The position numbers and the translations under genes were made by a program. From Desulfatiglandales bacterium (lineage in GTDB: Bacteria; Desulfobacterota; DSM-4660; Desulfatiglandales; Desulfatiglandaceae), in the NCBI GenBank assembly GCA_963662465.1, contig OY759599.1:1088001-1152000 (forward strand): 64,000 nt of DNA, read 5' to 3'. The notes under the pieces were generated by a model that was not told the origin of the DNA, made no database searches, and was given only the letters and a program-made list of their open reading frames with translations. Positions within the stretch are counted from its first letter, which is position 1. The number at the start of each line of letters is the position of its first letter. Shown here in pieces: positions 30,846 through 40,855 of this stretch.

Positions 30846-31781
30846 ATGAATACTATTTCACCCAACAAGAGAATATTTACCGCAGCCGTCACCGGCGCTA
30901 TTCATACCCCCAGCATGTCTCCCCACTTACCGGTGACCCCGGATGAGATCATTGCGGATGTCATGAGTGTCTACGAAGCGGGAGGTGCGGTGGCCCACGT
31001 ACATGTCCGTGACCCGGCGACCGGTATGCCCAATGCGGACCAGGAGACCTTTAGATATATCGCCTCTGAAGTCAAAAAGCGCTGCGATATTATTCTTTGC
31101 ACCACCACCGGCGGTCGGTTGGGCGAACCGGTGGAAAACCGGGTTCGCGTGGTCAACTCCCTGAGTCCGGAACTGGCCTCTTTAAATGCCGGCTCTCTCA
31201 ATTTTGCCCTCTTTCATGTGGCGGATAAATTTCCCGACTGGAAATACGATTGGGAAAAGGATTATCTGGCTGGAACAGAGGACTTCATCTTTCCGAACAC
31301 CTTTTATACCATGCGGAAATTTTTGGAGAACTTTGCTCAGCAGGGGACCAAACCCGAATTTGAGATTTATGATGCGGGTATGATCAACAACGTAGCCCAT
31401 TTGATACAGTCAGGTCACATCAAACCACCAGTGTATCTACAGTTTGTGCTGGGGATTTTGGGTGGTATACCCGCTTCCGTGGAAAATTTGGTTAATCTCT
31501 TAAATGAAGCGCAACGGCGTATCGGGAAATTTGTGTGGTCGGTATGCGCGGCCGGGCGCCACCAGTTTCCAATGGTCACGCAGGCGCTGATCATGAACGG
31601 TAACGGCCGGGTGGGACTTGAAGATAATCTGTACCTGGAAAAGGGTGTCCTGGCGAAGAACAGCGGTGAGCAGGTGTCCAAAATCATCCGTATTGCCCGG
31701 GAGCTGGGTATTACACCTGCGACCCCTGGAGAGGCCAGAGAAATTCTGGGTCTAAAGGGCCTGGATAAGGTTGGTTTTTGA
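30846..31781 (+). CDS. Beta-keto acid cleavage enzyme (BKACE/DUF849)
   Basis: TGAIHTPSMSPHLP, HVHVRD, SLNAGS, KPEFEIYD, RVGLEDN. Confidence 0.9.
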   Translation: MNTISPNKRIFTAAVTGAIHTPSMSPHLPVTPDEIIADVMSVYEAGGAVAHVHVRDPATGMPNADQETFRYIASEVKKRCDIILCTTTGGRLGEPVENRVRVVNSLSPELASLNAGSLNFALFHVADKFPDWKYDWEKDYLAGTEDFIFPNTFYTMRKFLENFAQQGTKPEFEIYDAGMINNVAHLIQSGHIKPPVYLQFVLGILGGIPASVENLVNLLNEAQRRIGKFVWSVCAAGRHQFPMVTQALIMNGNGRVGLEDNLYLEKGVLAKNSGEQVSKIIRIARELGITPATPGEAREILGLKGLDKVGF

Positions 31782-31845
31782 GAAAGCGCTTCTTACATTA
31801 CGGATGACCCGCTCAAAAAAATGGCAGCATAGGTTCAAGGATCGA

Positions 31846-33057
31846 TTATTCGTACCGGAGCGCCTGAATGGGATCCAACCGGGCGGCCTTTCGTGCCGGA
31901 AAATAGCCGAAGATGACGCCGACTGCGGCGGAAAAGCCAAAGGCCGTGGCAACAATGCCCGGCTGAAAGATAAACGGGATGCCGAGGAGGTTGCTCCCCC
32001 CGCCCGCGGCGCCAAGCCCCATGAGAATGCCGCAAACGCCGCCAAAGGAGGATAACACCACCGCCTCCACCAGAAACTGCATGAGAACATCCCGCTCCCT
32101 CGCTCCGATGGCCAGGCGGGTGCCGATCTCCCGGGTTCGTTCCGTCACCGACACCAGCATGATGTTCATGATGCCGATGCCCCCCACCAGAAGGCTCACC
32201 GCCGCTACCGCGCTCAACAAGGCGGTTAAAACGCGCGTTGTGCCGGTCAGCATGGAAACGAGTTCCTGCATGTCATTGACGTGGAAATTATTCTCTTTGC
32301 CCGGTTTAATGCGGCGTCGTTCGCGCAGCAGCCGCTCAATGTCGGCTTTGGCTTGTTCCGTGGGGATACCGTCCTTGACGGATACGGAGATGGAGTCCAC
32401 ATCCGTATTGCCCACCAGGCGGCGTTGCAGGGTTCGAAGGGGAATGAGCGCCAGATCGTCTTGATCGTTGCCGAAGCTGTTTTGGCCTTTGGCAACCAGC
32501 ACCCCGATCACCTTGAAGGAGATTTTTCCCAGGCGGATGGTCGCCCCTATTGGATCCTGGCTCCCGAAAAGTTCTTTGCGCACGGTTTCGCCCAGAATGC
32601 AGACCGCTTTTCCCGCCCGCACTTCGCCTTCCGTAAAGGCCCTGCCCACGGCCAGGGGCCAGTCTCGCACCGTCAGAAATTCCGAGGTGGCGCCTTGGAC
32701 CCTGGTGGACCGGTTTTCATTGCCGTAGATGGCCTGAGAGGTTTGTGAAGCCATGGGGGCAACCGCCTGAAGACTGGAGATTTCCCGTTGGATGGCTGTT
32801 GCGTCGGCGGCTTTGAAAGGTTCGGCGTCCGCTCTGGCGCCGCCCGATCCGTGTCGCATCTGACCGCGCCGAATGTCTATCAGGTTGCTGCCCATGCTGG
32901 TGATATCCGAGGTGACCTTGGCCGTGGCGCCCCGGCCCAGGGTTACCATGGTAATCACTGCCGCTACGCCGATAACGATCCCCAGAATGGTCAGGGCGGA
33001 CCGGAGGACATTGCGGCGAATTTCCCTCAATGCGAGGTTAATGTTTTCCCAGAGCAT
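31846..33057 (-). CDS. MacB/FtsX-like ABC permease
   Basis: LGIVIGVAAV; GGIGIMNIMLVSVTERTREIG; PARKAARLDPIQALRYE. Confidence 0.95.
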   Translation of the reverse strand: MLWENINLALREIRRNVLRSALTILGIVIGVAAVITMVTLGRGATAKVTSDITSMGSNLIDIRRGQMRHGSGGARADAEPFKAADATAIQREISSLQAVAPMASQTSQAIYGNENRSTRVQGATSEFLTVRDWPLAVGRAFTEGEVRAGKAVCILGETVRKELFGSQDPIGATIRLGKISFKVIGVLVAKGQNSFGNDQDDLALIPLRTLQRRLVGNTDVDSISVSVKDGIPTEQAKADIERLLRERRRIKPGKENNFHVNDMQELVSMLTGTTRVLTALLSAVAAVSLLVGGIGIMNIMLVSVTERTREIGTRLAIGARERDVLMQFLVEAVVLSSFGGVCGILMGLGAAGGGSNLLGIPFIFQPGIVATAFGFSAAVGVIFGYFPARKAARLDPIQALRYE

Positions 33058-33072
33058 CGGTATAGTTTCTCC

Positions 33073-33780
33073 TCAGTTCTCTTGACTGCGCTTGATCCGA
33101 CCGTCCAGAAAATGAATGCGGCGATTCGCATAACCGGCCATTTCCGCTTCATGGGTTACCATGATAATGGTAATCCCGCGGTTTTGATTGAGATCCACCA
33201 GAAGTTCCATGATCTCCCGGCTTCGGACCGAATCCAGGTTGCCGGTGGGTTCGTCGGCCAGGAGAACCTGGGGGTTGGTGACGATGGCACGGGCAATGGC
33301 CACCCGCTGTTGCTGGCCTCCGGAAAGTTCCGCGGGGGTATGGGTTTCCCATCCTCCAAGCCCCACGGTATTAAGGGATGATTGCGCCATTTTACGACGG
33401 CGACGTCGGGAAATGCCGCGATAGATCAACGGCAGCTCCACATTTTCGAGGGCCGTGGTGCGATTCAGCAGGTTAAACCCCTGAAACACAAAGCCCAGGT
33501 AATTGCGGCGCAGAAGCGCTCGCTGGTCCCGGGAAAGTTTTATTACCTCCACCCCTTCAAATCGGTAGCTTCCGGATGTGGGAACATCCAGGCATCCCAG
33601 GATGTTCATGCATGTGCTTTTCCCGGAGCCGCTGGCGCCCATTACGGCCGCAAAATCACCCCTGTCGATCCGCAGATCCACATCTCGAAGTGCATGCACC
33701 GCGGTGTCGCCGGCGCCGTAAACCTTGCTGACGCCCTTCAGCTGAATGACGGCCGGGGGGGCTGACGCTGATGCCGGCAT
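33073..33780 (-). CDS. ABC ATPase (MacB/LolD-like)
   Basis: [32 protein letters not shown]. Confidence 0.95.
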   Translation of the reverse strand: MPASASAPPAVIQLKGVSKVYGAGDTAVHALRDVDLRIDRGDFAAVMGASGSGKSTCMNILGCLDVPTSGSYRFEGVEVIKLSRDQRALLRRNYLGFVFQGFNLLNRTTALENVELPLIYRGISRRRRRKMAQSSLNTVGLGGWETHTPAELSGGQQQRVAIARAIVTNPQVLLADEPTGNLDSVRSREIMELLVDLNQNRGITIIMVTHEAEMAGYANRRIHFLDGRIKRSQEN

Positions 33781-33783
33781 AGG

Positions 33784-35076
33784 TTACCCTTTTCCGTCGT
33801 TCAGACGTTCCAAAATCACCTGCATACCGGGCGTAAGGGAGTCGTCCATCACCTGGGTCATCACCTCGTCGCTAACGCCCACTTTGATCGATGCCGCCCG
33901 GGGTTGACCATTATCAAGTATCCAGATTCGGCGACCATTACCGGAAATATCTCTTTTTTCATGGTTTTCCTTTGTCCGTTTGGGAGGGCCGGGCAAAAGC
34001 GAGTCCATCAGTGACCGGCCGGGTTTTGTTTTCTTTTCCACCGGCGGGCTGAAACGCAATGCCGCACTGGGAATCAGGACAACGTCTTTCAGGTTTTTGA
34101 CGATAATATCCGCGGTGGCGGTCATGCCGGGCCGAAGGGACAGGTCCTTATTGTCCAGCTTCAGGACGGTTTCGTACGTGACCACGCCGTCCGTGGCGTC
34201 CGAGCCGTAGCAGACGCGGGTAATCAGGGCCTTGAACGTTCGATCCGGATAGGCGTCCACAACGAATGTGGCCTCCTGGCCTTCCTGCACCAGGCCCACA
34301 TCCGCCTCATCCACGTCCACTTTAAGTTCCATCTGGGCCAGATCTTCGGCCAGGGTAAACAGCACGGGCGCCTGCAATGATGCGGCTACGGTCTGTCCCG
34401 GTTCCACATCCCGGTCCAGGACCACGCCGTTCATGGGAGAACGGATCACTGCCTTTTTAAGATCCGTTTCCGTCACTTCAAGGGCGGCTTGTGCCTGTGA
34501 AACATCGGCTTTTGCGGATGCCTCGTCGGCGTGAGCGCGGGCCAGGGTCGCGTCGGCCGCATCCAGCTCGTATTGAGAAGGGACCTTGTTGTGGCTCAGT
34601 TGGCGTACATGTTTCAGTCTGGCCAGGTTGTTCACGGCTTCACGGGTAGTGGCACGAGTCTGCAGAACCTTGGCTTCGGCCGATGCCAACTTCGCTTTGG
34701 CCGCCAGATATTGGGCTTTTAGCTTGGTCGTGTCTAGTCCGGCCAGTACCTGCCCCACTTTTACCCGGCTGTTTTCTTCTACCAAAACATCGCGGATGGT
34801 TCCCGACAATTCACTGCCCACTTCCACCTGGTTGGTGGGTTCTAGATTTCCCGTGGCCGTTACCGTGACGATGAGATTTCCCCGTTCCACCTTTTGGGTT
34901 CTGTAATGGACCGGATCGGGCCGATCCATTCTTTTGATCGCCAATGCGCTGGCAACGCAAGCCACCGGAAGAAGGATCAGGATGACCAGCCATTTAAAGC
35001 GTTTTTTTCGGCGCGGCATTCCGTTTGCACCCAGGGCTTCGGCCACTGAAATTGAAGGATTTGCGTTAGTTTCCAT
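33784..35076 (-). CDS. MacA-like periplasmic adaptor
   Basis: VEVGSELSG; GQTVAASLQAPVLF; LRPGMTA. Confidence 0.95.
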   Translation of the reverse strand: METNANPSISVAEALGANGMPRRKKRFKWLVILILLPVACVASALAIKRMDRPDPVHYRTQKVERGNLIVTVTATGNLEPTNQVEVGSELSGTIRDVLVEENSRVKVGQVLAGLDTTKLKAQYLAAKAKLASAEAKVLQTRATTREAVNNLARLKHVRQLSHNKVPSQYELDAADATLARAHADEASAKADVSQAQAALEVTETDLKKAVIRSPMNGVVLDRDVEPGQTVAASLQAPVLFTLAEDLAQMELKVDVDEADVGLVQEGQEATFVVDAYPDRTFKALITRVCYGSDATDGVVTYETVLKLDNKDLSLRPGMTATADIIVKNLKDVVLIPSAALRFSPPVEKKTKPGRSLMDSLLPGPPKRTKENHEKRDISGNGRRIWILDNGQPRAASIKVGVSDEVMTQVMDDSLTPGMQVILERLNDGKG

Positions 35077-36580
35077 TTTTGCTCATCCGCTTTTCGATTT
35101 CCCCCCGAATATCGGGTTTTTTATCCGGCGCATAGTCGTATATCCTTTCTTGCGGGTCCAGGGTTGTCCACCCGCCACCCAGGGCCTTGTAGAGTGTAAT
35201 CAGGTTGGCGGTAACCTGCCCTTCACTCTGGGCCAGTTCATCTTCAAAGGAAAGCTGAGACCTTTGGGCATCCAGTACTTCATTAAAATCAATGATGCCC
35301 GCTTCGTATTTGTTTTGGGCCAAGGTGACGGCCTGACGCGCGGCATCGCCTGCCTGTGCCAGAGCCACCCTACGGTTTTGCTCCTCCGCATAGGCTTTTA
35401 AGGCGTTTTCCACCTCCTCCAATGCTTCAAGGACCGTTCGTTCGTACTGGGCCAACGCCTGATCCTGAAGGGCTGTCCGGATGTTTATGTTTTGCCGGAT
35501 AGCGCCGCCGTCGAACAGGCGCCAGCTGAATCTGGGGCCGATACTGTGAGTCAGCCCTTCCGAGGAGGCAAAATTTCCGATGGAAAGTGACTCAAGGCCG
35601 ATGGAGCCCAGAAGGGAAAATTTCGGATACAGTTCGGCCTCGGCCACGCCTATTCGCGCGGTTTGGCTGGCCACTTCCTGTTCCGCCTGCCTTATGTCGG
35701 GCCGTTGTCGAATACAGTCGGCGGGAATGCCCACCGCCACCTTCAGGGGCGTTACGGGGATGGGGGCGGGTGTTCCCAAATTGAGGGAGATGGCGCCCGG
35801 CTGTTTTCCCAAAAGTACGGCCAGCCGGTTCCGGGAGGCTGTGAGCCCGGAACGAAGTGTTGGAAGCCGGGAACGCGTGCTTTCCATGTTGTAGCGGGCC
35901 TGTTCTACCGCAAGGGCGTCGCTGAGCCCGGCCTGATAGCGCCACTTTGTAAGCCGACAGGTTTCTTCCTGGGTTTCCAGATTCGTGGTGACGACCTTCA
36001 ATCGGGTCTGGTAGGTCCTCATCTCCACATAATTGATGGCCGTTTCAGCGGTCAGGGTGACCAGTACATCCCGAAGGGATGCGTTTTCAGCCTCGAGGTC
36101 CGCTTCCGCGGCTTCCACTGACCGTCGGACACCGCCGAAAATGTCCACTTCCCAGCCGGCGTCAAAGCCTGACGAATAGAGTGTGCGTGTTGTTCCCGCG
36201 CCAGTCTCGTCGCTCCCCTTGCTTTGGGTGATCTGCCCCGAAACGTCAAAGGTCGGAAACAGGCCGGCAGAGGCCACTCCCCGCTTTGCGCGGGCTTCCC
36301 GGACTCTGGCCTGTGCTTCTTTCAGATCAAGATTGCCGACAACGGCCTGATGGATCAACGCAGACAGGACAGGGTCGTCAAGGACTTGCCACCATTGGGA
36401 CAACGCTTCGGGATTCGGGGTTGTTGCATCGAGACCACCGTCCATGGCGGTATGCCATGTTTCCGATACCTTTGTTTCGGGCGGTGTGTAATTCGGTCCC
36501 ACGGCCGCACATCCGCCAAGGATGAGAATCGCCGTGATCGCTGTAAATCGAGCCGGCCTATTTCCGTGAAAGAGAAACAA
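35066..36580 (-). CDS. NodT/OprM-family outer membrane efflux lipoprotein
   Basis: LGGCAAVGPNY lipobox; RPDIRQAE; LYKALGGGW. Confidence 0.95.
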   Translation of the reverse strand: MFLFHGNRPARFTAITAILILGGCAAVGPNYTPPETKVSETWHTAMDGGLDATTPNPEALSQWWQVLDDPVLSALIHQAVVGNLDLKEAQARVREARAKRGVASAGLFPTFDVSGQITQSKGSDETGAGTTRTLYSSGFDAGWEVDIFGGVRRSVEAAEADLEAENASLRDVLVTLTAETAINYVEMRTYQTRLKVVTTNLETQEETCRLTKWRYQAGLSDALAVEQARYNMESTRSRLPTLRSGLTASRNRLAVLLGKQPGAISLNLGTPAPIPVTPLKVAVGIPADCIRQRPDIRQAEQEVASQTARIGVAEAELYPKFSLLGSIGLESLSIGNFASSEGLTHSIGPRFSWRLFDGGAIRQNINIRTALQDQALAQYERTVLEALEEVENALKAYAEEQNRRVALAQAGDAARQAVTLAQNKYEAGIIDFNEVLDAQRSQLSFEDELAQSEGQVTANLITLYKALGGGWTTLDPQERIYDYAPDKKPDIRGEIEKRMSKNGN

Positions 36581-36773
36581 TGAAACATACCGCGATCAGA
36601 AGAGCCATTGCCCCAGTGCTGATTTTTTTGCCGAGTCTCGAATTCATGATGTGCCTTCCTTTTATTAGATTGCCATTTCCCGGGGCCTTTCCCCGTAGTT
36701 TCACCTGTAATATAGACGATGAATGTAAAGGAATTTTGTCGATCACGGATAAAATTGTTAAGCTTTTGTAAAG
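36575..36773 (-). promoter_or_regulatory. Copy of the spy promoter/leader and first ~23 codons in front of the efflux operon
   Basis: MNSRLGKKISTGAMALLIAVCFI vs MTSRLGKKIGTGIMAFLFTICFI (20030); same TTTACA boxes and hairpin. Confidence 0.75.
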
Positions 36774-36828
36774 TTCATTGCTCCGGCGTTATGAATAGGG
36801 GTCAATATAGGTGAGAATTAGTTTTAAT

Positions 36829-37896
36829 TCAATCGCTTTTTGATTGTTTTAAATCGTTTTTCACTGTTCGATAGAGGCCGCGGAACTGGTGATAGGTCAA
36901 CCCCAGGATGTCTGCTGCTTTTTTCTGGTTGTAGCGGGCCAATGAGAGTGCCCGGTTCATCATGCGAACCTTTAACTCCCGAACGGCTTCTTGGAGCGAC
37001 ATCTTGAAAAGATCTCCCTCCATGACGGAGGTTCCGGCATCAACCGGCGCCTTCGGAACATCCGGCAGGTCCCTGCTCGTGCGAAAATTTTGAAAAGGGT
37101 CAAAAACGATTTCCGTGATGACCACGTCATCGGTTCGATACACAGCCCGCTCCACCACATTCTTCAGCTCCCGGATATTTCCCGGCCATGGATACTTCTC
37201 CAGGAGGGCCATGGTTTCGGGTCTGAATACGGGGATTTCTCGACGTTCCATCTCAAAGGCCATCCTGGCTGCAAAATGATTTGCCAAAAGTGGGATATCC
37301 TCACCCCTTTCCCTGAGAGGTGGAAGAAAAATCACTTCAAAAGACAGTCTGTCCAACAGGTCAGGCTTAAACCGTCCTTTTCGGGTTTTCTTCACCAGGT
37401 CCACATTGGTGGCCGCCACCAGGCGAACATCCACTTCAACGCTTTTAGCGCTGCCCACCCGTTCAAACGCGCCGTATTCCACCAGTCGAAGTGTTTTTTC
37501 CTGTACTTCAAGGGGCATGTTGCCGAGTTCATCCAGGAAGAGCGTGCCCTCGTGAGCGGCTTCAAACCGACCGGTTCGGCGTCGTTCCGCCCCGGTGAAA
37601 GCGCCTTTTTCATATCCGAAAAGTTCGCTTTCAATCAGGGACGGCGCCAGAGCCGAGCAATTCAAGGCCACCAGGGGGCCTTTCCAGCGCTTGGAAAGAA
37701 AGTGGATGCGTTTAGCGGCCAATTCCTTGCCGGTTCCCCTCTCCCCGATCAGGAGTACCGGCCGGTCGATGGGTGCGACCCGGCTTAAACGCTCCTGAAG
37801 GTCCAGAAAGGCTTCCGATTGTCCCAGGGCCTCATGGGTTTTGGAAACAGACTCATCGGAAATAGAGGTTCTTGAAGGTGTCTGATAACGATTCAT
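36829..37896 (-). CDS. pspF: Phage shock protein activator (sigma54 EBP)
   Basis: GERGTGKE, ESELFG, GAFTGA, WPGNIREL, LGLTYHQFRGLY; divergent from pspA. Confidence 0.92.
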   Translation of the reverse strand: MNRYQTPSRTSISDESVSKTHEALGQSEAFLDLQERLSRVAPIDRPVLLIGERGTGKELAAKRIHFLSKRWKGPLVALNCSALAPSLIESELFGYEKGAFTGAERRRTGRFEAAHEGTLFLDELGNMPLEVQEKTLRLVEYGAFERVGSAKSVEVDVRLVAATNVDLVKKTRKGRFKPDLLDRLSFEVIFLPPLRERGEDIPLLANHFAARMAFEMERREIPVFRPETMALLEKYPWPGNIRELKNVVERAVYRTDDVVITEIVFDPFQNFRTSRDLPDVPKAPVDAGTSVMEGDLFKMSLQEAVRELKVRMMNRALSLARYNQKKAADILGLTYHQFRGLYRTVKNDLKQSKSD

Positions 37897-38018
37897 GGCG
37901 AAAAAAACCATTATGAAAGGGTAAAAAAACAATATTTTGGCTATTATCGCCATCATCCCCTGATTTGTCAATAACCTAAATTCCTGATTTCTTTTGAAAT
38001 TGAAATAAACGGAGCCTT

Positions 38019-38034
38019 TGGCACGATTTCTGCT
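38019..38034 (+). promoter_or_regulatory. Sigma54 -24/-12 promoter
   Basis: TGGCAC-GATTT-CTGCT upstream of pspA. Confidence 0.85.
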
Positions 38035-38093
38035 TTCCAGACTTGACAGAATTTGCGAAACTTAAGATGCTTTTTTTTAATGGAGGTATGAAT

Positions 38094-38774
38094 ATGGGAA
38101 TTTTTACACGCTTTCGGGATATTGTCAGCTCAAACATCAATGTTATGCTGGAGGGGGCTGAAGACCCGGAAAAGTTGATTAAACTGATGATTCGTGAAAT
38201 GGAAGACACTGTGGTGGAATTGAAAGCATCCTGTGCCGGCGTGATCGCCAGGGCTTCCAAGACCCGGCGTCAATTGGAAGAGATCAAGGAGCGCGTCAAA
38301 GTATGGGAAGGGCGGGCCGAACTCGCGGTCAATAAGGGCCGCGATGATCTGGCGAGGGAAGCCCTGATGGAAAAGCGAAAATACGCTGGTCGCGTCCAGG
38401 ACCAGGAACAGGAGCTTATCGAATTGGACACTTTGGTGGGGCAGTATCATGAGGATATCCAGCAATTGGAGGAAAAACTGCAAAAAGCGCGCGATAAGCA
38501 GCGGATGTTGGTTCAGCGCCATATTCACGCGGTTCGGAAGCGACGCGCCCAGGAGGACATTCGCAGAATCGAAAGCACGGATGCCGTGATGAAATTCGAG
38601 GCCCTTGAAAACCGCATCGAGCGGATGGAGGCGGAAGCGGATCTGGTGAATTATGGGAAAAAGTCCGGTCTTGAGGCGGAATTCGAGGGTTTGATGATGG
38701 ATGATGAGATCGAAAATGATTTGAATCGTCTCAAAACGTCCATGAACCGAGGGGAAGAAAGGGTCGCATCGTGA
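38094..38774 (+). CDS. pspA: Phage shock protein A
   Basis: MGIFTRFRDIVSSNIN...AEDPEKLIKLMIREMEDT. Confidence 0.95.
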   Translation: MGIFTRFRDIVSSNINVMLEGAEDPEKLIKLMIREMEDTVVELKASCAGVIARASKTRRQLEEIKERVKVWEGRAELAVNKGRDDLAREALMEKRKYAGRVQDQEQELIELDTLVGQYHEDIQQLEEKLQKARDKQRMLVQRHIHAVRKRRAQEDIRRIESTDAVMKFEALENRIERMEAEADLVNYGKKSGLEAEFEGLMMDDEIENDLNRLKTSMNRGEERVAS

Positions 38775-39022
38775 TGCATGGCGTATTGATTGTGGCAATC
38801 ATATTCGGTGGATTGATCCTGTGTCTGGCCATTGTGGGGGGTACAATTCTCATGGGCATCAAGGTCAAAAAGGGGGGCCTGTCTCGAAAGGATCAACGGT
38901 CCCAGGCAGAGGACACGCGTATGATTCAGGAGATTTACCAGGGTCTCGAAAGTATGGAAAAACGGATGGAGGCCCTGGAATCTATTATTTTAAAAGGCCG
39001 AAGAAAGGATTGTGAGCCATGA
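38771..39022 (+). CDS. pspB: Phage shock protein B-like
   Basis: TM segment plus MEKRMEALESII; lies between pspA and pspC. Confidence 0.75.
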   Translation: MMHGVLIVAIIFGGLILCLAIVGGTILMGIKVKKGGLSRKDQRSQAEDTRMIQEIYQGLESMEKRMEALESIILKGRRKDCEP

Positions 39023-39402
39023 AATTTATGAACAGGAGTTTTCCAAGAGGCCTTTATCGTTCCCGAAATGGAATTATTCTCGGGGTGATTCGCGGCATAT
39101 CGGAATATTTTGATTTTTCCGTTTTTTGGGGCAGGACCATTGCCGTGATTCTGTTGCTGGTGAGCGGATTCTGGCCGGTGACGGGCCTGTATTTTCTGGC
39201 GGCGTTGCTCATGAAGCCGGCCCCGGTCCTTCGCATTGACAGCGACGACGCCCATGACTTTTACGATAGTTACGTTCATTCCAGGCCCCGTGCCGTAAAC
39301 CGGATCAAGCGCAGATACGACAATATTGAACAACGCATCCGGCGTATGGAGGATGCTGTGACATCCCGGGATTATGATTGGAAAAGACGCTTTGATGCTT
39401 GA
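39019..39402 (+). CDS. pspC: Phage shock protein C
   Basis: LYRSRNGIILGV.RGISEYF; RIRRMEDAVTS. Confidence 0.9.
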   Translation: MKFMNRSFPRGLYRSRNGIILGVIRGISEYFDFSVFWGRTIAVILLLVSGFWPVTGLYFLAALLMKPAPVLRIDSDDAHDFYDSYVHSRPRAVNRIKRRYDNIEQRIRRMEDAVTSRDYDWKRRFDA

Positions 39403-39459
39403 GGGATTTTGGGTGGTTTTAGCGACAATTCAGACAACAGAGTGTAGGGGGGGACCACT

Positions 39460-40558
39460 ATGATACGAAAGGCCGTTTTTCCAGGGTGTTATTTGCAGGG
39501 GAAGGATATCCTCCGAAATCTTGGGGGAATCGATGAACTTGAAAAGAAAAAAGTCTTCATTCTCGCCACGAATATGGCCGTGAAGAGAATTATTCCGGAA
39601 AACTTCTCTGCCTGGAAAAAAATATGCGACATCCAATATGAGAAATTCAGCGGAGCGTGTACCTGGGATGAAATCAACAGGGTATCCAAGATAGCAGGCG
39701 TCGGCGCCTATGATTTTATCATCGGCATGGGAGGAGGGAAGGCCATTGATACCGCCAGGGTGGTTGCCGGGCAGTTGGGCGTAAAATATATCGCGGCGCC
39801 CACCATCGCCGCTACCGACGCACCCACCGCAAGTGCGTGCGTCGTCTACGGCAACGGAGGTTCGGTTGTGAACTATTTTACGACACGTAATCCCGATTAC
39901 GTTCTGGTGGATACGAGGGTCATTGCTGAAGCGCCGGCAAGGTTTCTTGTTTCCGGAATGGGCGATGCGCTTGCGACCTGGTTTGAAGCGGAGACCTGTG
40001 ATCGATCCCATTTCCGAAACGTATGCGGAGGGTTTAATCTCAGGGCCATCATGTCCCTCGCCGATACGTGCTACCAGCCTTCTAACATACGGCAGATCAG
40101 CCATGATCGCCTGCGAAAATAACGTGGTAAGTCCGGCGCTTGAATACATTGTGGAAGCCAATACCCTGCTCAGTGGACTTGGTTTCGAATCCGGGGGGCT
40201 ATCAACCGCACACGGCATTCATGACTGTCTCTGCAATCTGGAAGGCACGCACGCATATTATCACGGTGAAAAGGTGGCATTCGGCATCCTGGCCGGGTTA
40301 TTCCTTGAAGCGAGGCCACAGCCTTTGATAGAAGAGGTGTACGCATTCTGCGGATCCGTCGGACTGCCGACCACATTGGCCCGGATTGGTCTGGCGGGTG
40401 TTACAAACAGGGAATTGGATGCTGCCATTTGTCCGGTTCTTGAGAACAAACAAAGCTATCTGCATAACGTGAGATTCGAGTTGACATCCGAAGGGATCAT
40501 CGAGGCCCTCCGAATGGCGGATGCCATGGGTCGTCAACACCGAAGCAGCCTACCATAA
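39460..40558 (+). pseudogene. gldA: Glycerol dehydrogenase, frameshifted near 40075
   Basis: GGGKAID, PTIAATDAPT, GMGDALATWFEA in one frame; EANTLLSGLGFESGGL, HGEKVAFG in the next. Confidence 0.85.
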
Positions 40559-40813
40559 GACCATGGCGGCTTTTGACGGAATCCTGGGACTGGACCGGCT
40601 CAAAGTGATTCACCTTAACGATGCCCGCCGGGAGCTGGGTTCCAGGGTTGACCGTCACCATCACATCGGAAAAGGGAAAATCGGCGCTTTGGGGTTTTCA
40701 CTGATCATGAACGATGGACGTTTGGCCCACATACCGAAAATACTGGAAACTCCCAAGAAAGAGGGCGGTATCGACTGGGATCGAAAGAACCTGGATTGTC
40801 TGTCAGCCATGTT
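40538..40813 (+). pseudogene. Duplicate of the endonuclease IV 3' end
   Basis: Highly similar to 50453-50728 (HLNDA...DRHHHIG...ILETP). Confidence 0.9.
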
Positions 40814-40855
40814 CAGGGGCGGGGATTGTCATATGACGCCCAAGGAAATTCCTTT

